In this document: positions 19,615 to 30,007 of the stretch, one piece after another
Position numbering within the stretch: the stretch's first letter is position 1
Layout of the letters: each line of letters starts with the position of its first letter
Assembly: GCA_021813945.1 (NCBI GenBank)
Contig: JAKAJD010000003.1
Location: 109,193-173,192 of the forward strand
DNA length: 64,000 bases
Direction: 5' to 3'
From: a bacterium
GTDB lineage: Bacteria > Patescibacteriota > Microgenomatia > Curtissbacterales > GWA2-41-24
Notes under the pieces: generated by a model
Database searches by the model: none
Seen by the model: the letters and a program-made list of their open reading frames with translations, nothing else
What the model was told of the DNA's origin: nothing
Made by a program: the position numbers and the translations under genes

Positions 19615-19721
19615 CGCTCTTTTACATTCCGTAATAGACAACACTAACCATGATTAAGAATTTTAATTCTTGAAAGTGGTACCCAAATTAGTAATTTCCT
19701 AAGAGTTTAAGGTGAAAATTT

Positions 19722-21215
<1,494 letters not shown>

Positions 21216-21364
21216 TAAGGAGAATTTTTACTCAAACTTCGGTTCGGGTAACATGAATTTTCTTGCCTCACGGCAAGAAGTGCGACGCCGAGTCGTAAAA
21301 CAGGGGCTTTCTTGTTTGCCTTAAAACAAGACTCTAGGATTTTACGGGTGCCACTTTCAAGGGT

Positions 21365-21955
21365 TTAACTTCTCCAGTTATCGGTGATAACTGCATCTAT
21401 GCCAATTTTTTCTAATCTTTTTATTTCGTCCCCGTCATTTACCGTCCAAGCCCATATTTGGGATTTTGGATGTGTGGATTTAAGTCGCCTTATCAAATCT
21501 TTGTCAATTAGACTACTTTTAACAGAAAATCCCGCAGGTTTATATAATAAGGAAGAGATTTTCCAAAAATAATTGATGCTTTTGTTGTTTATAAATCCGT
21601 AGTAGATTTCGGCGTTAGTTTCCTGGGCGATTTTTGAAGAAGCTTTAAGGTCGATACTTGTCAGTATTAGGTTTTTGATCTTTGCTGACCCAACCAGGTT
21701 CGCGAATTTTCTCCCGAAATCAGGAGAATATTTGACTGCTTTTAAATCGAGTACCAGTTTTTCTTTAAATTGGCTGTTTAAAATTTCGAGCAGGTTTTTG
21801 CCGATTCCGAATTTGCCCTTTATGGCATCATGCTGGATTAGAAAATTTCCGGTAAACATGTTTTGGGAAATATCGATTTCCAGCAAATCGCAACCGTAGT
21901 CAATTGCCTTTTGGGCTTCGTCTAGATTTTGGACCGCATGGGCTATTTTTTGCAC
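21365..21955 (-). CDS. glycerophosphodiester phosphodiesterase-like protein
   Basis: IAH, EID, LDLK, WAWTVN and AVITD motifs. Confidence 0.7.
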   Translation of the reverse strand: MQKIAHAVQNLDEAQKAIDYGCDLLEIDISQNMFTGNFLIQHDAIKGKFGIGKNLLEILNSQFKEKLVLDLKAVKYSPDFGRKFANLVGSAKIKNLILTSIDLKASSKIAQETNAEIYYGFINNKSINYFWKISSLLYKPAGFSVKSSLIDKDLIRRLKSTHPKSQIWAWTVNDGDEIKRLEKIGIDAVITDNWRS

Positions 21956-22023
21956 AAGTTGATGATAACAAATTTACTAAAAGGCTATATTTTGCTAGAA
22001 TTTGATCGGAAAGAGAAGGTGAA

Positions 22024-22143
22024 ATGGTGGAACGGTTTGGCCAGGAAAAAGAAAATACGTTTTTGAGTAAGTTTAAAAAAGCGGCGCTTATAACAATTGC
22101 TGCTGTTGTTGGGATTGGAGTTGTGATTGCGGCTGTAAAGTAA
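22024..22143 (+). CDS. 39-aa tail-anchored small membrane protein (not in ORF track)
   Basis: MVERFGQEKENTFLSKFKKAALITIAAVVGIGVVIAAVK; RBS AAGGTG; TTTACT-17-TAGAAT upstream. Confidence 0.55.
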   Translation: MVERFGQEKENTFLSKFKKAALITIAAVVGIGVVIAAVK

Positions 22144-22146
22144 TTT

Positions 22147-22218
22147 GGCCTGGTAGCCAAGTGGTAAGGCAAGGATCTGCAAAATCCTTATACGTCGGTT
22201 CGATTCCGATCCAGGCCT
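22147..22218 (+). tRNA. tRNA-Cys(GCA)
   Basis: cloverleaf; anticodon arm AAGGA-TCTGCAAAA-TCCTT; GGTTCGATTCC; no encoded CCA. Confidence 0.95.
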
Positions 22219-22224
22219 CAAATA

Positions 22225-22869
22225 TTAGGGGGCGGTTGTGCCCGAAAGGTTAGTGCCTGTTACTTCTTTGCAATTGGGTTTTTGACTTAATTCATTAATA
22301 TCTGCACATCTGTAGATTGCTTTGGTTGGGTCCTTTGGATCTTCAAGAAGCGTGCCAACCCAGTATGTACATCGTGTATTCGGAGGACTTGGTGTGCCCA
22401 GACAGTTGCCGCCTGCACCGCCAATCACACTTGGCTCATACTTATAGAAATATTTCTTGCTGTTTGTGGGGTCGACCGGCATGAATTTAAGGTACTTTGT
22501 TTTGACGACAAGCTCCTGATATAGATAGTCGTTTGCACTTTGGCCCCAGCCGGTTTGGACAACCCATGAGTCGGCCCCGTTGGTATAATCCGGACAAGGT
22601 TTGCCGCTATTGGGCCCTGGATTAACACTTGACCCGATGCTGGCATCGCAGCCGTTTTCTTTAGGGTAGGTACCGTATTGCTCACCATAGTCGCTTAGCG
22701 CGTTGGCGATCATGCTTATGTCTGTTTTCCTTTGTGAATCGCGGGCTTGTTTTAAGCGTTTTGCTGGGTTAAATGCTCTTAGGGTGAAAGCTGCAATGAT
22801 GCCAAGCACTGTTATAACTACAACGAGTTCAATTATTGTGAAACCGCGTCGGGCATGGTTTTTTGTCAC
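22225..22869 (-). CDS. type IV pilin-like protein
   Basis: RG|FTIIELVVV; NPAKRLKQARDSQRKTDI; multiple Cys. Confidence 0.88.
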   Translation of the reverse strand: MTKNHARRGFTIIELVVVITVLGIIAAFTLRAFNPAKRLKQARDSQRKTDISMIANALSDYGEQYGTYPKENGCDASIGSSVNPGPNSGKPCPDYTNGADSWVVQTGWGQSANDYLYQELVVKTKYLKFMPVDPTNSKKYFYKYEPSVIGGAGGNCLGTPSPPNTRCTYWVGTLLEDPKDPTKAIYRCADINELSQKPNCKEVTGTNLSGTTAP

Positions 22870-22906
22870 AATTTAAATATACGACAATAGTTAATTTAGT
22901 GCAGCT

Positions 22907-23521
22907 TCAAAGGGAAAAATTTTGTACTTCTTTACAGCCGGTTCCGGCTGCTAAATCTTCGATATCGGAGCAGCGGAAAATTGGTTTGGTTGGGTCATCG
23001 GGATCTTCCAGCCGGCCGCCTATCCAGTAGCGGCAAGAACTATTTTGAGTGCCTGTCCCACCGCAAATCGCTTCTGCAAGACTTCTTGGCTCGTAGCGGT
23101 AATGGTAAGTAGTGTTGTTAATGGGATCAACCGGAAGTCTTTTTAGAAGCTGCTGCTGCGTTATAAGGTTGTAATATATCCAGCTTGTGAATCCTCCGTC
23201 TGCAGCACCATTGCAACCCGTCCAGCAGGCGAGAACTCTTCGCGGGGGGCAAGCACCGCCGTCGCTGGAAATGCTTGTGTCGCAAAAGGTTTCACCCGGG
23301 TAGTAACCGGTTATTGTTTGATAGGCAACTAGAGCATTGGCTATGGAGTTAATGTCTGTTTTCCTTTGGGAATCGCGTGCTTGTTTTAGACGTTTTGCGG
23401 GATTAACGGCGACAAGAACGGCCCCAGCCAGGCTAGTAAGTAGCGCAATTACTATCAAAAGTTCAATTAAAGTAAATGCCTGTTTCCTTTTTGGGCTTTT
23501 TGGTGGTTTTTTGTGTGACAC
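22907..23521 (-). CDS. type IV pilin-like protein
   Basis: QA|FTLIELLIV; paralog of the adjacent pilin. Confidence 0.88.
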   Translation of the reverse strand: MSHKKPPKSPKRKQAFTLIELLIVIALLTSLAGAVLVAVNPAKRLKQARDSQRKTDINSIANALVAYQTITGYYPGETFCDTSISSDGGACPPRRVLACWTGCNGAADGGFTSWIYYNLITQQQLLKRLPVDPINNTTYHYRYEPRSLAEAICGGTGTQNSSCRYWIGGRLEDPDDPTKPIFRCSDIEDLAAGTGCKEVQNFSL

Positions 23522-23601
23522 TCTTCAATATACGACAATAGTTGAAGACGGGAAACAGAGTTTAATTCATTTTGTTTTTCTGGTAAGATTACCAAAGTTT
23601 T

Positions 23602-23636
23602 GGGTCTGTGGCTCAGTGGTTAGATCACCGTCCTGA
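23602..23636 (+). pseudogene. truncated 5' half of a tRNA-Ile-like gene
   Basis: GGGTCTG-TG-GCTCAGTGGTTAGATC-A-CCGTC-CTGA, then breaks off in the anticodon loop. Confidence 0.55.
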
Positions 23637-23653
23637 GAGATTTTGAACAAATT

Positions 23654-23726
23654 GGGCGATTAGTTCAGTGGTTAGAACGCTGTCCTGATAAGACAGAGGT
23701 CAATGGTTCGATTCCATTATCGCCCA
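23654..23726 (+). tRNA. tRNA-Ile(GAT)
   Basis: cloverleaf; CTGTC-CTGATAA-GACAG anticodon arm. Confidence 0.95.
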
Positions 23727-23853
23727 CATTTTTCCCTCCTGATATTTTTTGCTTTGCAAAAGAGAGGACAGAGGTGCGTCCTTTCCATACAGATCCAAAG
23801 CGATGTAACAGATTCTTTTCCTGTTACTTTATCAATGTTAAGCTTAATGTAGA

Positions 23854-24303
23854 GTGAGGAAATTTTTTGCTGCCGCCTTCTTCTGTTTTTTGTTTTTGCT
23901 TTCAACGTCCCAAGTTAGAGCCCAGGATATTATCACCGACAAAAAGCTAATAACTGTCGATATTGGGCGCCAAATGGTTTATGCATGGGAACACGGAAAA
24001 CTAATTTTTTCTACTAAAGCTTCAACTGGTATGTACTATACGCCCACAATAAAAGGAAGCTTTACAATCTATAGAAAATATCCTTTGCAGGATATGAAAG
24101 GGAACTATCCTCCGTACGAACCATATTTTATTAAAAATGTGCCGAATGTGATGTATTTTTACCAGGCTTATGCTATTCATGGGGCATATTGGCACAATAT
24201 GTTCGGGACCAAATATACCCACGGATGTGTAAACGTTCCGGTTGCTGCTAGCCAGTGGCTTTTTAATTTCGCGGATGTTGGAACTCAGGTTGTAGTTTTC
24301 TAG
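23854..24303 (+). CDS. L,D-transpeptidase (YkuD family)
   Basis: signal peptide; IHGAYWH...HGCVN catalytic motif. Confidence 0.9.
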   Translation: MRKFFAAAFFCFLFLLSTSQVRAQDIITDKKLITVDIGRQMVYAWEHGKLIFSTKASTGMYYTPTIKGSFTIYRKYPLQDMKGNYPPYEPYFIKNVPNVMYFYQAYAIHGAYWHNMFGTKYTHGCVNVPVAASQWLFNFADVGTQVVVF

Positions 24304-24327
24304 ACTTGCCCACTTTAAAATCGGAGG

Positions 24328-25116
24328 TTATTTTTGGTAATTTTTCCAATCCCTGTATCCTGCGCGGCCCCAGAGGTTTTTCCATTTCCACTGAAAGGCA
24401 ATGTAGTAGATATTAAGAAGTAGGAAAGTGATAAAAAATCCGATCATATAGGCCCCGAGAGGACTCAGGGTGAATCTCCAATTTTCGAATTTATCCAGAA
24501 TGAAAAGTGCCACAACACAGAAAAGTCCTGTGATTGTTTGATATGGGGCGGTGCCGTTTGTGATTTGAGCGTACCCCATAAAAAGGCCAAGGATGGCGCC
24601 TGAGACCAATATCAGCTTTGGAAGAGAATCGAGGGTTGGGCCGGTGGATAGATCAAGAATTGTCAGAAGGACACCGGAAATTATAAAGCCGGAGAAGATA
24701 ATGATGTGACTTATCGGGCCATGGAAAAGGTGGGTTGCCAAAAGCTGTTTTCGAAGTTTTTCATTTTTTCTGACTTCTTTGGGAGTTAAGGTGTCGATAA
24801 TAACGGATGTCATATAAATACCGGAACCGTAAAAAGTTATTCCCGCCGAAAGAAGAAAAAGAGCCGATATAAGATAAAGAGGCAGCGAAAAAATAACGTG
24901 CGGTTTTCTAATAATCGAAAGGAATATGAGCATAAACCCAAAGTATGCTAATGAATTGATGAAAACGTTAAAGGTTGTAAAGCGAATAACATCTTTTCTG
25001 GTGTAAGTTTTTGGGGATGCATTCCTCGACATCCTCTCGCGGAACCTTAAAAATGGTGGTGCTGCGATTGCGAAGATTGAGGAAAGCCCCACAAGCGAGA
25101 TTTCCTGAAGTGCCAT
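24328..25116 (-). CDS. hypothetical multi-pass membrane protein
   Basis: about 7 hydrophobic segments; no recognised motif. Confidence 0.65.
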   Translation of the reverse strand: MALQEISLVGLSSIFAIAAPPFLRFRERMSRNASPKTYTRKDVIRFTTFNVFINSLAYFGFMLIFLSIIRKPHVIFSLPLYLISALFLLSAGITFYGSGIYMTSVIIDTLTPKEVRKNEKLRKQLLATHLFHGPISHIIIFSGFIISGVLLTILDLSTGPTLDSLPKLILVSGAILGLFMGYAQITNGTAPYQTITGLFCVVALFILDKFENWRFTLSPLGAYMIGFFITFLLLNIYYIAFQWKWKNLWGRAGYRDWKNYQK

Positions 25117-25162
25117 ACAAAGTGCAGTTTAGCCGAAAGTTGGTTTGGAGGCAAGTGAAGCT

Positions 25163-27571
25163 CTAGGTCAAGAATTTTTGAAGGTCGGCGCTTGAGATTG
25201 CGTCCCCATTTTTAATTTGTTCTGTAATAACCAGTTTAGCGATGCCATCTTCGATTTTATCGGCGATTAAGCGGCGAATTGGCCGGGCGCCAAAGCTGGG
25301 GTTAAAGCCTTTTTGGGCAACAGCCGCTGCCAGCTGATCGGTAATTTCAAGTGTAATGTTTTTGGTTTCTTTTAAGCTTTGGGCAAGGTTTGTAAGCATC
25401 AATTTGGCAACCTGTGTTACTTCCTGAGGTGTTAGGGGTTTGTAAACAACTGTTGCGTCAAAGCGATTTAAAAGCTCGGGCGAAAAGAGGTTTTTGGAAA
25501 GCACAAAATTGACAACTTTTTTTGCGAGATCTGCGCTTTGCCCTTTTTGAACTTCTTCGCGAATGAATTCTGCCCCGGCGTTTGAGGTGGCAATCGTAAT
25601 TATGTTGGTGAAGGCAACTTTTCTGCCAAAAGCATCTGTTAGGTGGCCTTCGTCTATAATTTGCAGAAAAAGGTTTTGCACTTCAAGACTTGCCTTTTCG
25701 AATTCATCCAGAAGCAGGACTCCGTAGGGATTTTGGCGAATAAGTGTTGCCAACTGTCCGGGCGCTTTTGTTTCGGAATTGCCGATTAGCCGCTCCAGAG
25801 AATCGCGGCCTTGGTATTCGGTCATGTCGAGCCTGACCATTTTGCTTTCGGGGCCAAAGTAAGCTTCACAAAGAGCCTTGGCGGTTTCGGTTTTGCCTAC
25901 ACCGGTTGGACCTAGAAAGAGGAATGAGCCCATGGTTTTTCGGTTCGTTTCAATTCCGGATCGGGCTCTTCTCATGGCTTTGGAAATTTCAATAATGGCC
26001 TCGTCTTGGCCGACGATTCTTTTGTGCAAAAATCCTTCCAAATCTTTGAGCTTTTCCTTTTCTGTTTCTTTAATTTTGCCAATTGGAATTTTGGAGATTT
26101 TGGCTAAGGTATCGTCGACAAGTTCTCGGTCAACAAGTCGACTTTTGGCTTTTTCAGCTGCGGCTTGAGCGTCTTCCAGAACAATTATCGACTTTTCCGG
26201 TTGATGTCTTTCGTCAGGAATCTCACCGGATTTTTCGGCTATTTCCAAAAGGGCGGTTAGATTTGTTGCAATGCCTTTACGCTTGTAAATGTCGAGGGCT
26301 TTGCCAACCAAAATAGAGAGAGTCTCCAGTTTTGTAGGCTCTTCGATATCCAGTTTTTCAAAAAGGGAAGTCATCTCGGAATTAGGCCGGACAAATTTGC
26401 TGTAGGCTTCCGTTGTGGTGATGCCAATTATCGGCATGGAATTGTCATTCAAAACGGCATTGATGACTTCGGAAAGATCGATGTGGTTTTCCAAAGTTGA
26501 GCTGATTCTATCAATTTCATCTATTGCCAAGATGATATTTCCGGCGTGTTTGGCTTCCAAAAGAAGATCTTCAAAGTTCGCTTTTATCTCGACAACGTTG
26601 GTGCTTGATCCCAAAAGGGCAACAGTATCCAGAAGTATTAGACGTTTGTCTTTGAGTTTTGGAAGCTCGTATTTGGCAATTGCGGAGGCTAAACTTTCCA
26701 GAGTGCTATGGCGGCCAACGCCTGTTTCCCCAACCAAAAGAACGTTATTGGAACGAGGCCTGGTAAGGATAGATTCGATTTTTTCTAAAAGCTCAATTTT
26801 AACAACGTAGTGGGGAAGCGCTTTTATGGTTAGTTCTTCACCAAACTGGTCAAGCGTGTTGGTATAGCCAAATGAAAGAAACTGGCCAACCGGAGTGATC
26901 CTGGCTTTAGGAGGATTGTCCAGATAATTTTTGACGTAGTTTAAAAAAGTGGTAAAAGAAGCGGTGTCGATACTTTCTTTTTCCAGGTAGCTTTTTAAAG
27001 AGGGCAGTTTTTCGGAAAGAACAGAGAGCATCTGGGGGACGGTTTGGCTTTGGGAAATACCGAGATCTTTGGGGGATGTAATTGTTGTTAAGGTTTTTTC
27101 AAAATCGGCATCAAAAAAGCGCGAAATCGTCTGAAAATATGGCGATTTGGTGATTTTTGCAAGGAATTTGGATGTATTTTCTACTTCATCGGCATAAAAT
27201 GTGTTTTGCTTTTTTTGGGTATATTCGGCCATTGAGAAAATTGGAATGGCGTAGAAGGCAATTGATGCGAAGTCGAAAATTACAAAAAGGCCAAGGATGA
27301 TAAGGCCTGCGGCAATTAGGATTAGCCGGACAACGGCTCCGACAGCAATAGAAATTAAATCAAAGGAAATCCGATCCCAAAGAGTGGTTTTTTTGGTTAG
27401 GATCAAACGGCGGTAAGGTGTAAAAAGGTTTTTTAAAAGGTTTGTAATATTGAAAAAAGCTGCAATTTTGGCTAGATGATCCGGCCTGGTTTTTATGTAA
27501 TTGGGAAGGGCGTAGGAAAAATGGTAGGTGAAATAGTCGCGGGGAAGATAATTTGTGGCAGTATCCATCAA
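25163..27571 (-). CDS. ClpA/B-family AAA+ ATPase with N-terminal membrane segment
   Basis: GPTGVGKT, RLDMTEY, LLDEFEKA, PELLNR and GARP motifs; first Walker A degenerate. Confidence 0.88.
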   Translation of the reverse strand: MMDTATNYLPRDYFTYHFSYALPNYIKTRPDHLAKIAAFFNITNLLKNLFTPYRRLILTKKTTLWDRISFDLISIAVGAVVRLILIAAGLIILGLFVIFDFASIAFYAIPIFSMAEYTQKKQNTFYADEVENTSKFLAKITKSPYFQTISRFFDADFEKTLTTITSPKDLGISQSQTVPQMLSVLSEKLPSLKSYLEKESIDTASFTTFLNYVKNYLDNPPKARITPVGQFLSFGYTNTLDQFGEELTIKALPHYVVKIELLEKIESILTRPRSNNVLLVGETGVGRHSTLESLASAIAKYELPKLKDKRLILLDTVALLGSSTNVVEIKANFEDLLLEAKHAGNIILAIDEIDRISSTLENHIDLSEVINAVLNDNSMPIIGITTTEAYSKFVRPNSEMTSLFEKLDIEEPTKLETLSILVGKALDIYKRKGIATNLTALLEIAEKSGEIPDERHQPEKSIIVLEDAQAAAEKAKSRLVDRELVDDTLAKISKIPIGKIKETEKEKLKDLEGFLHKRIVGQDEAIIEISKAMRRARSGIETNRKTMGSFLFLGPTGVGKTETAKALCEAYFGPESKMVRLDMTEYQGRDSLERLIGNSETKAPGQLATLIRQNPYGVLLLDEFEKASLEVQNLFLQIIDEGHLTDAFGRKVAFTNIITIATSNAGAEFIREEVQKGQSADLAKKVVNFVLSKNLFSPELLNRFDATVVYKPLTPQEVTQVAKLMLTNLAQSLKETKNITLEITDQLAAAVAQKGFNPSFGARPIRRLIADKIEDGIAKLVITEQIKNGDAISSADLQKFLT

Positions 27572-27648
27572 CTTTAAATTTAGCAGAGAATGGCATGCGT
27601 ATTCAATCGAAGTTGATTTGAGATTTGATTGATGCTACATTCTGGGGC

Positions 27649-28965
27649 ATGTTGAGAACTTACCTTGAGTGCCGGGAATGGATGGAAAGTTTTATCCCTT
27701 TGGTTTGGGGGAAAGAGGAATTGGGGTTATCGCGAATTGAAAATCTTCTCGAAAAATTAGGAAATCCAGAGAAAAAATTTAAGTCTGTCCATGTAGCGGG
27801 TACAAGTGGTAAGGGGACAACAGCTTTTTATATTTCAAGATTACTTTTAGAAAAAGGTTTTAAAACAGGCTTACATGTTTCGCCGCATTTGGTGGATATC
27901 CGGGAAAGGATAGTTGTCAACGGCGAAATAATTTCTGTCAGCCGATTCGTAGATCTTGTGAATGAGGTAAAAGCCGTTGTAGACGAAATTAAAAGCAAAC
28001 AGCCTCATTTAACTCCCAGTTATTTTGAAATTTTAGTTTCTGTTTCGTTTTTATATTTTGCCCGCGAAAAAGTCGACTATGCAGTTGTTGAAGTTGGTCT
28101 TGGCGGAAGACTGGACGCAACTAATGTTTTGTTGCCGGGAGTTTCAGTTATTACAAACATTGGTTTAGACCATACGGAAATTTTGGGTGACACGCAAGAG
28201 GCGATTGCGAAAGAAAAAGCCGGGATTATAAAAGGGCAAATTCCTGTTGTGACAGGGGCGACGGGAAAAGCATTGAAAGTTATCGAAAAAGTGGCAAAAT
28301 CGAAAAATGCCCCGTTGATCAAATTAAATACTCGAACGCTAAAAATCAGCCCAAAATCTGATGTAGTAATTGATAAAAGTATATATAAGGACATAGTGCG
28401 ATATAGTCAAAATAGGGCTGTTTTGGAATGCATGTTTTTGGCAATTTTGGCTGTTTTGCAGTTAAAAATCAGTGTTTCGGCAAGTGTTATAAAGAGTGCC
28501 TTTTTGCAAAAATTTCCTGGAAGATTTGAAGAAATTTCTGATTGGGTAATTTTAGACGGCGCTCATAATCCTGACAAAATTTTATCGCTTATAAATTTTA
28601 TCAGCAAGTCAAAAGTCAAAACTCAAAAGTCAAAAGTGTCGTTGGTGGTTGCTTTTAAAAGTGGGAAAAATTGTAAAAAAATGTTGGATTTGTTAATCAA
28701 AAAATTGCCGATTGATCAAGTGATTGCGACAGAATATCAAGCGGTTACAGATACCGGTAAAGGGTCAGCGGTGCCGGCAGAGGAAATAGCGGATTATTTG
28801 TCTGCCGACAAACGACTAAGGACTAAAGTCAAAGTTGTAAAAAACAGTCAAGAAGCAGTCTTTGAAGCATTGTCGGATAAAAAAGAAAAGGATTTAGTTT
28901 TGGTTACCGGCTCGCTTTATCTTATCGGTGAAGCAAGGACGTTGTGGTACTTGCCTGAATTTTAA
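27649..28965 (+). CDS. folC: FolC-family folylpolyglutamate synthase/dihydrofolate synthase
   Basis: HVAGTSGKG, EVGLGGRLDATN, DGAHN and TGSLYL motifs. Confidence 0.9.
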   Translation: MLRTYLECREWMESFIPLVWGKEELGLSRIENLLEKLGNPEKKFKSVHVAGTSGKGTTAFYISRLLLEKGFKTGLHVSPHLVDIRERIVVNGEIISVSRFVDLVNEVKAVVDEIKSKQPHLTPSYFEILVSVSFLYFAREKVDYAVVEVGLGGRLDATNVLLPGVSVITNIGLDHTEILGDTQEAIAKEKAGIIKGQIPVVTGATGKALKVIEKVAKSKNAPLIKLNTRTLKISPKSDVVIDKSIYKDIVRYSQNRAVLECMFLAILAVLQLKISVSASVIKSAFLQKFPGRFEEISDWVILDGAHNPDKILSLINFISKSKVKTQKSKVSLVVAFKSGKNCKKMLDLLIKKLPIDQVIATEYQAVTDTGKGSAVPAEEIADYLSADKRLRTKVKVVKNSQEAVFEALSDKKEKDLVLVTGSLYLIGEARTLWYLPEF

Positions 28966-28987
28966 TTCATCCTTCATAATTAATCTG

Positions 28988-29986
28988 GTGAATAAACTTG
29001 AAGGCCTTGATGTTTCCGGGAAAAGGGTGTTTTTGCGAGCGGATTTGGATGTCCCTTTGGAGGTGGGGGATGTTGATGCGGCGACAAGGCTTAAAAATGT
29101 TAAACCTACTGTGGATTGGCTTTTGGGCCATGGTGCAAAAAACATTGTCATTGCCGGACACATGGGAAGACCAAGCGGACCGGACGAAAAACTTTCAACA
29201 AGAAAAATTTTGGAACCTCTTAAAAAAATTCTCGGGAGAAACGTTGATTTTATGGAGAATGTTGACGCGGTCGAAACGGAGCAGGTAATGCTTTTTGAGA
29301 ACTTACGTTTTTGGGTTGGTGAGACGGAAAATGATTTCGAATTTGCCAAAAGTTTGGCCAAAATTGCGGATTGTTATGTTAACGACGCGTTTGGAAATTG
29401 CCATAGGCCACATGCTTCGATGGTGGGGTTGCCAGAGCTTCTTCCGCATGCGGCAGGGTTGCATTTAGAAAGGGAGGTCGAAGAGCTAAGTAGAATTTTA
29501 GAAAAACCGGAACGGCCTTTTGTGGCAATAGTAGGTGGCGCCAAAATCGAAACTAAGGTTCCGGTAATTTCGAATCTTGCTGGGGTAGCTGATTGGATAT
29601 TGGTTGGTGGAGAACTACCTTTAGAGATTGTAAAACAAAATTTAACATTTGATCAAAAGGTAATTGTTGGTACTTTAACTGGGGACACAAAAGATATTGA
29701 TGATGCAACAATTTCTAAATTTGAGGATGCAATACGCGGCGCCAAAACTATCGTTTGGAATGGTCCCGTAGGACTTTTTGAGGAAGGTTTTACGAAAGGT
29801 ACACTGGAGATTGCCAAATCAATCGTGGAAGGCGGCGCCTATTCTGTCGTTGGTGGTGGAGATTCAACCCAATTTTTGGGACAGCAGGGTTTTCTTTCTA
29901 AATTCTCGTTTGTATCTGCAGGCGGCGGGGCAATGCTGGAGTTTCTTTCGGGTAAAAAACTTCCTGCCATCGAGGCTCTAGGTTAA
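28988..29986 (+). CDS. pgk: phosphoglycerate kinase (compact)
   Basis: HMGRP, ENLRF, GGAK, WNGPVG, GGGDS and GGGA motifs. Confidence 0.93.
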   Translation: MNKLEGLDVSGKRVFLRADLDVPLEVGDVDAATRLKNVKPTVDWLLGHGAKNIVIAGHMGRPSGPDEKLSTRKILEPLKKILGRNVDFMENVDAVETEQVMLFENLRFWVGETENDFEFAKSLAKIADCYVNDAFGNCHRPHASMVGLPELLPHAAGLHLEREVEELSRILEKPERPFVAIVGGAKIETKVPVISNLAGVADWILVGGELPLEIVKQNLTFDQKVIVGTLTGDTKDIDDATISKFEDAIRGAKTIVWNGPVGLFEEGFTKGTLEIAKSIVEGGAYSVVGGGDSTQFLGQQGFLSKFSFVSAGGGAMLEFLSGKKLPAIEALG

Positions 29987-30007
29987 GATAGAGTTGCCTA
30001 CAATTTA

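Noticed and set aside
21900-22221. Minus-strand ORFs 21900-22172 and 21985-22221
   Set aside because: Antisense to tRNA-Cys and to the better-supported small plus-strand ORF
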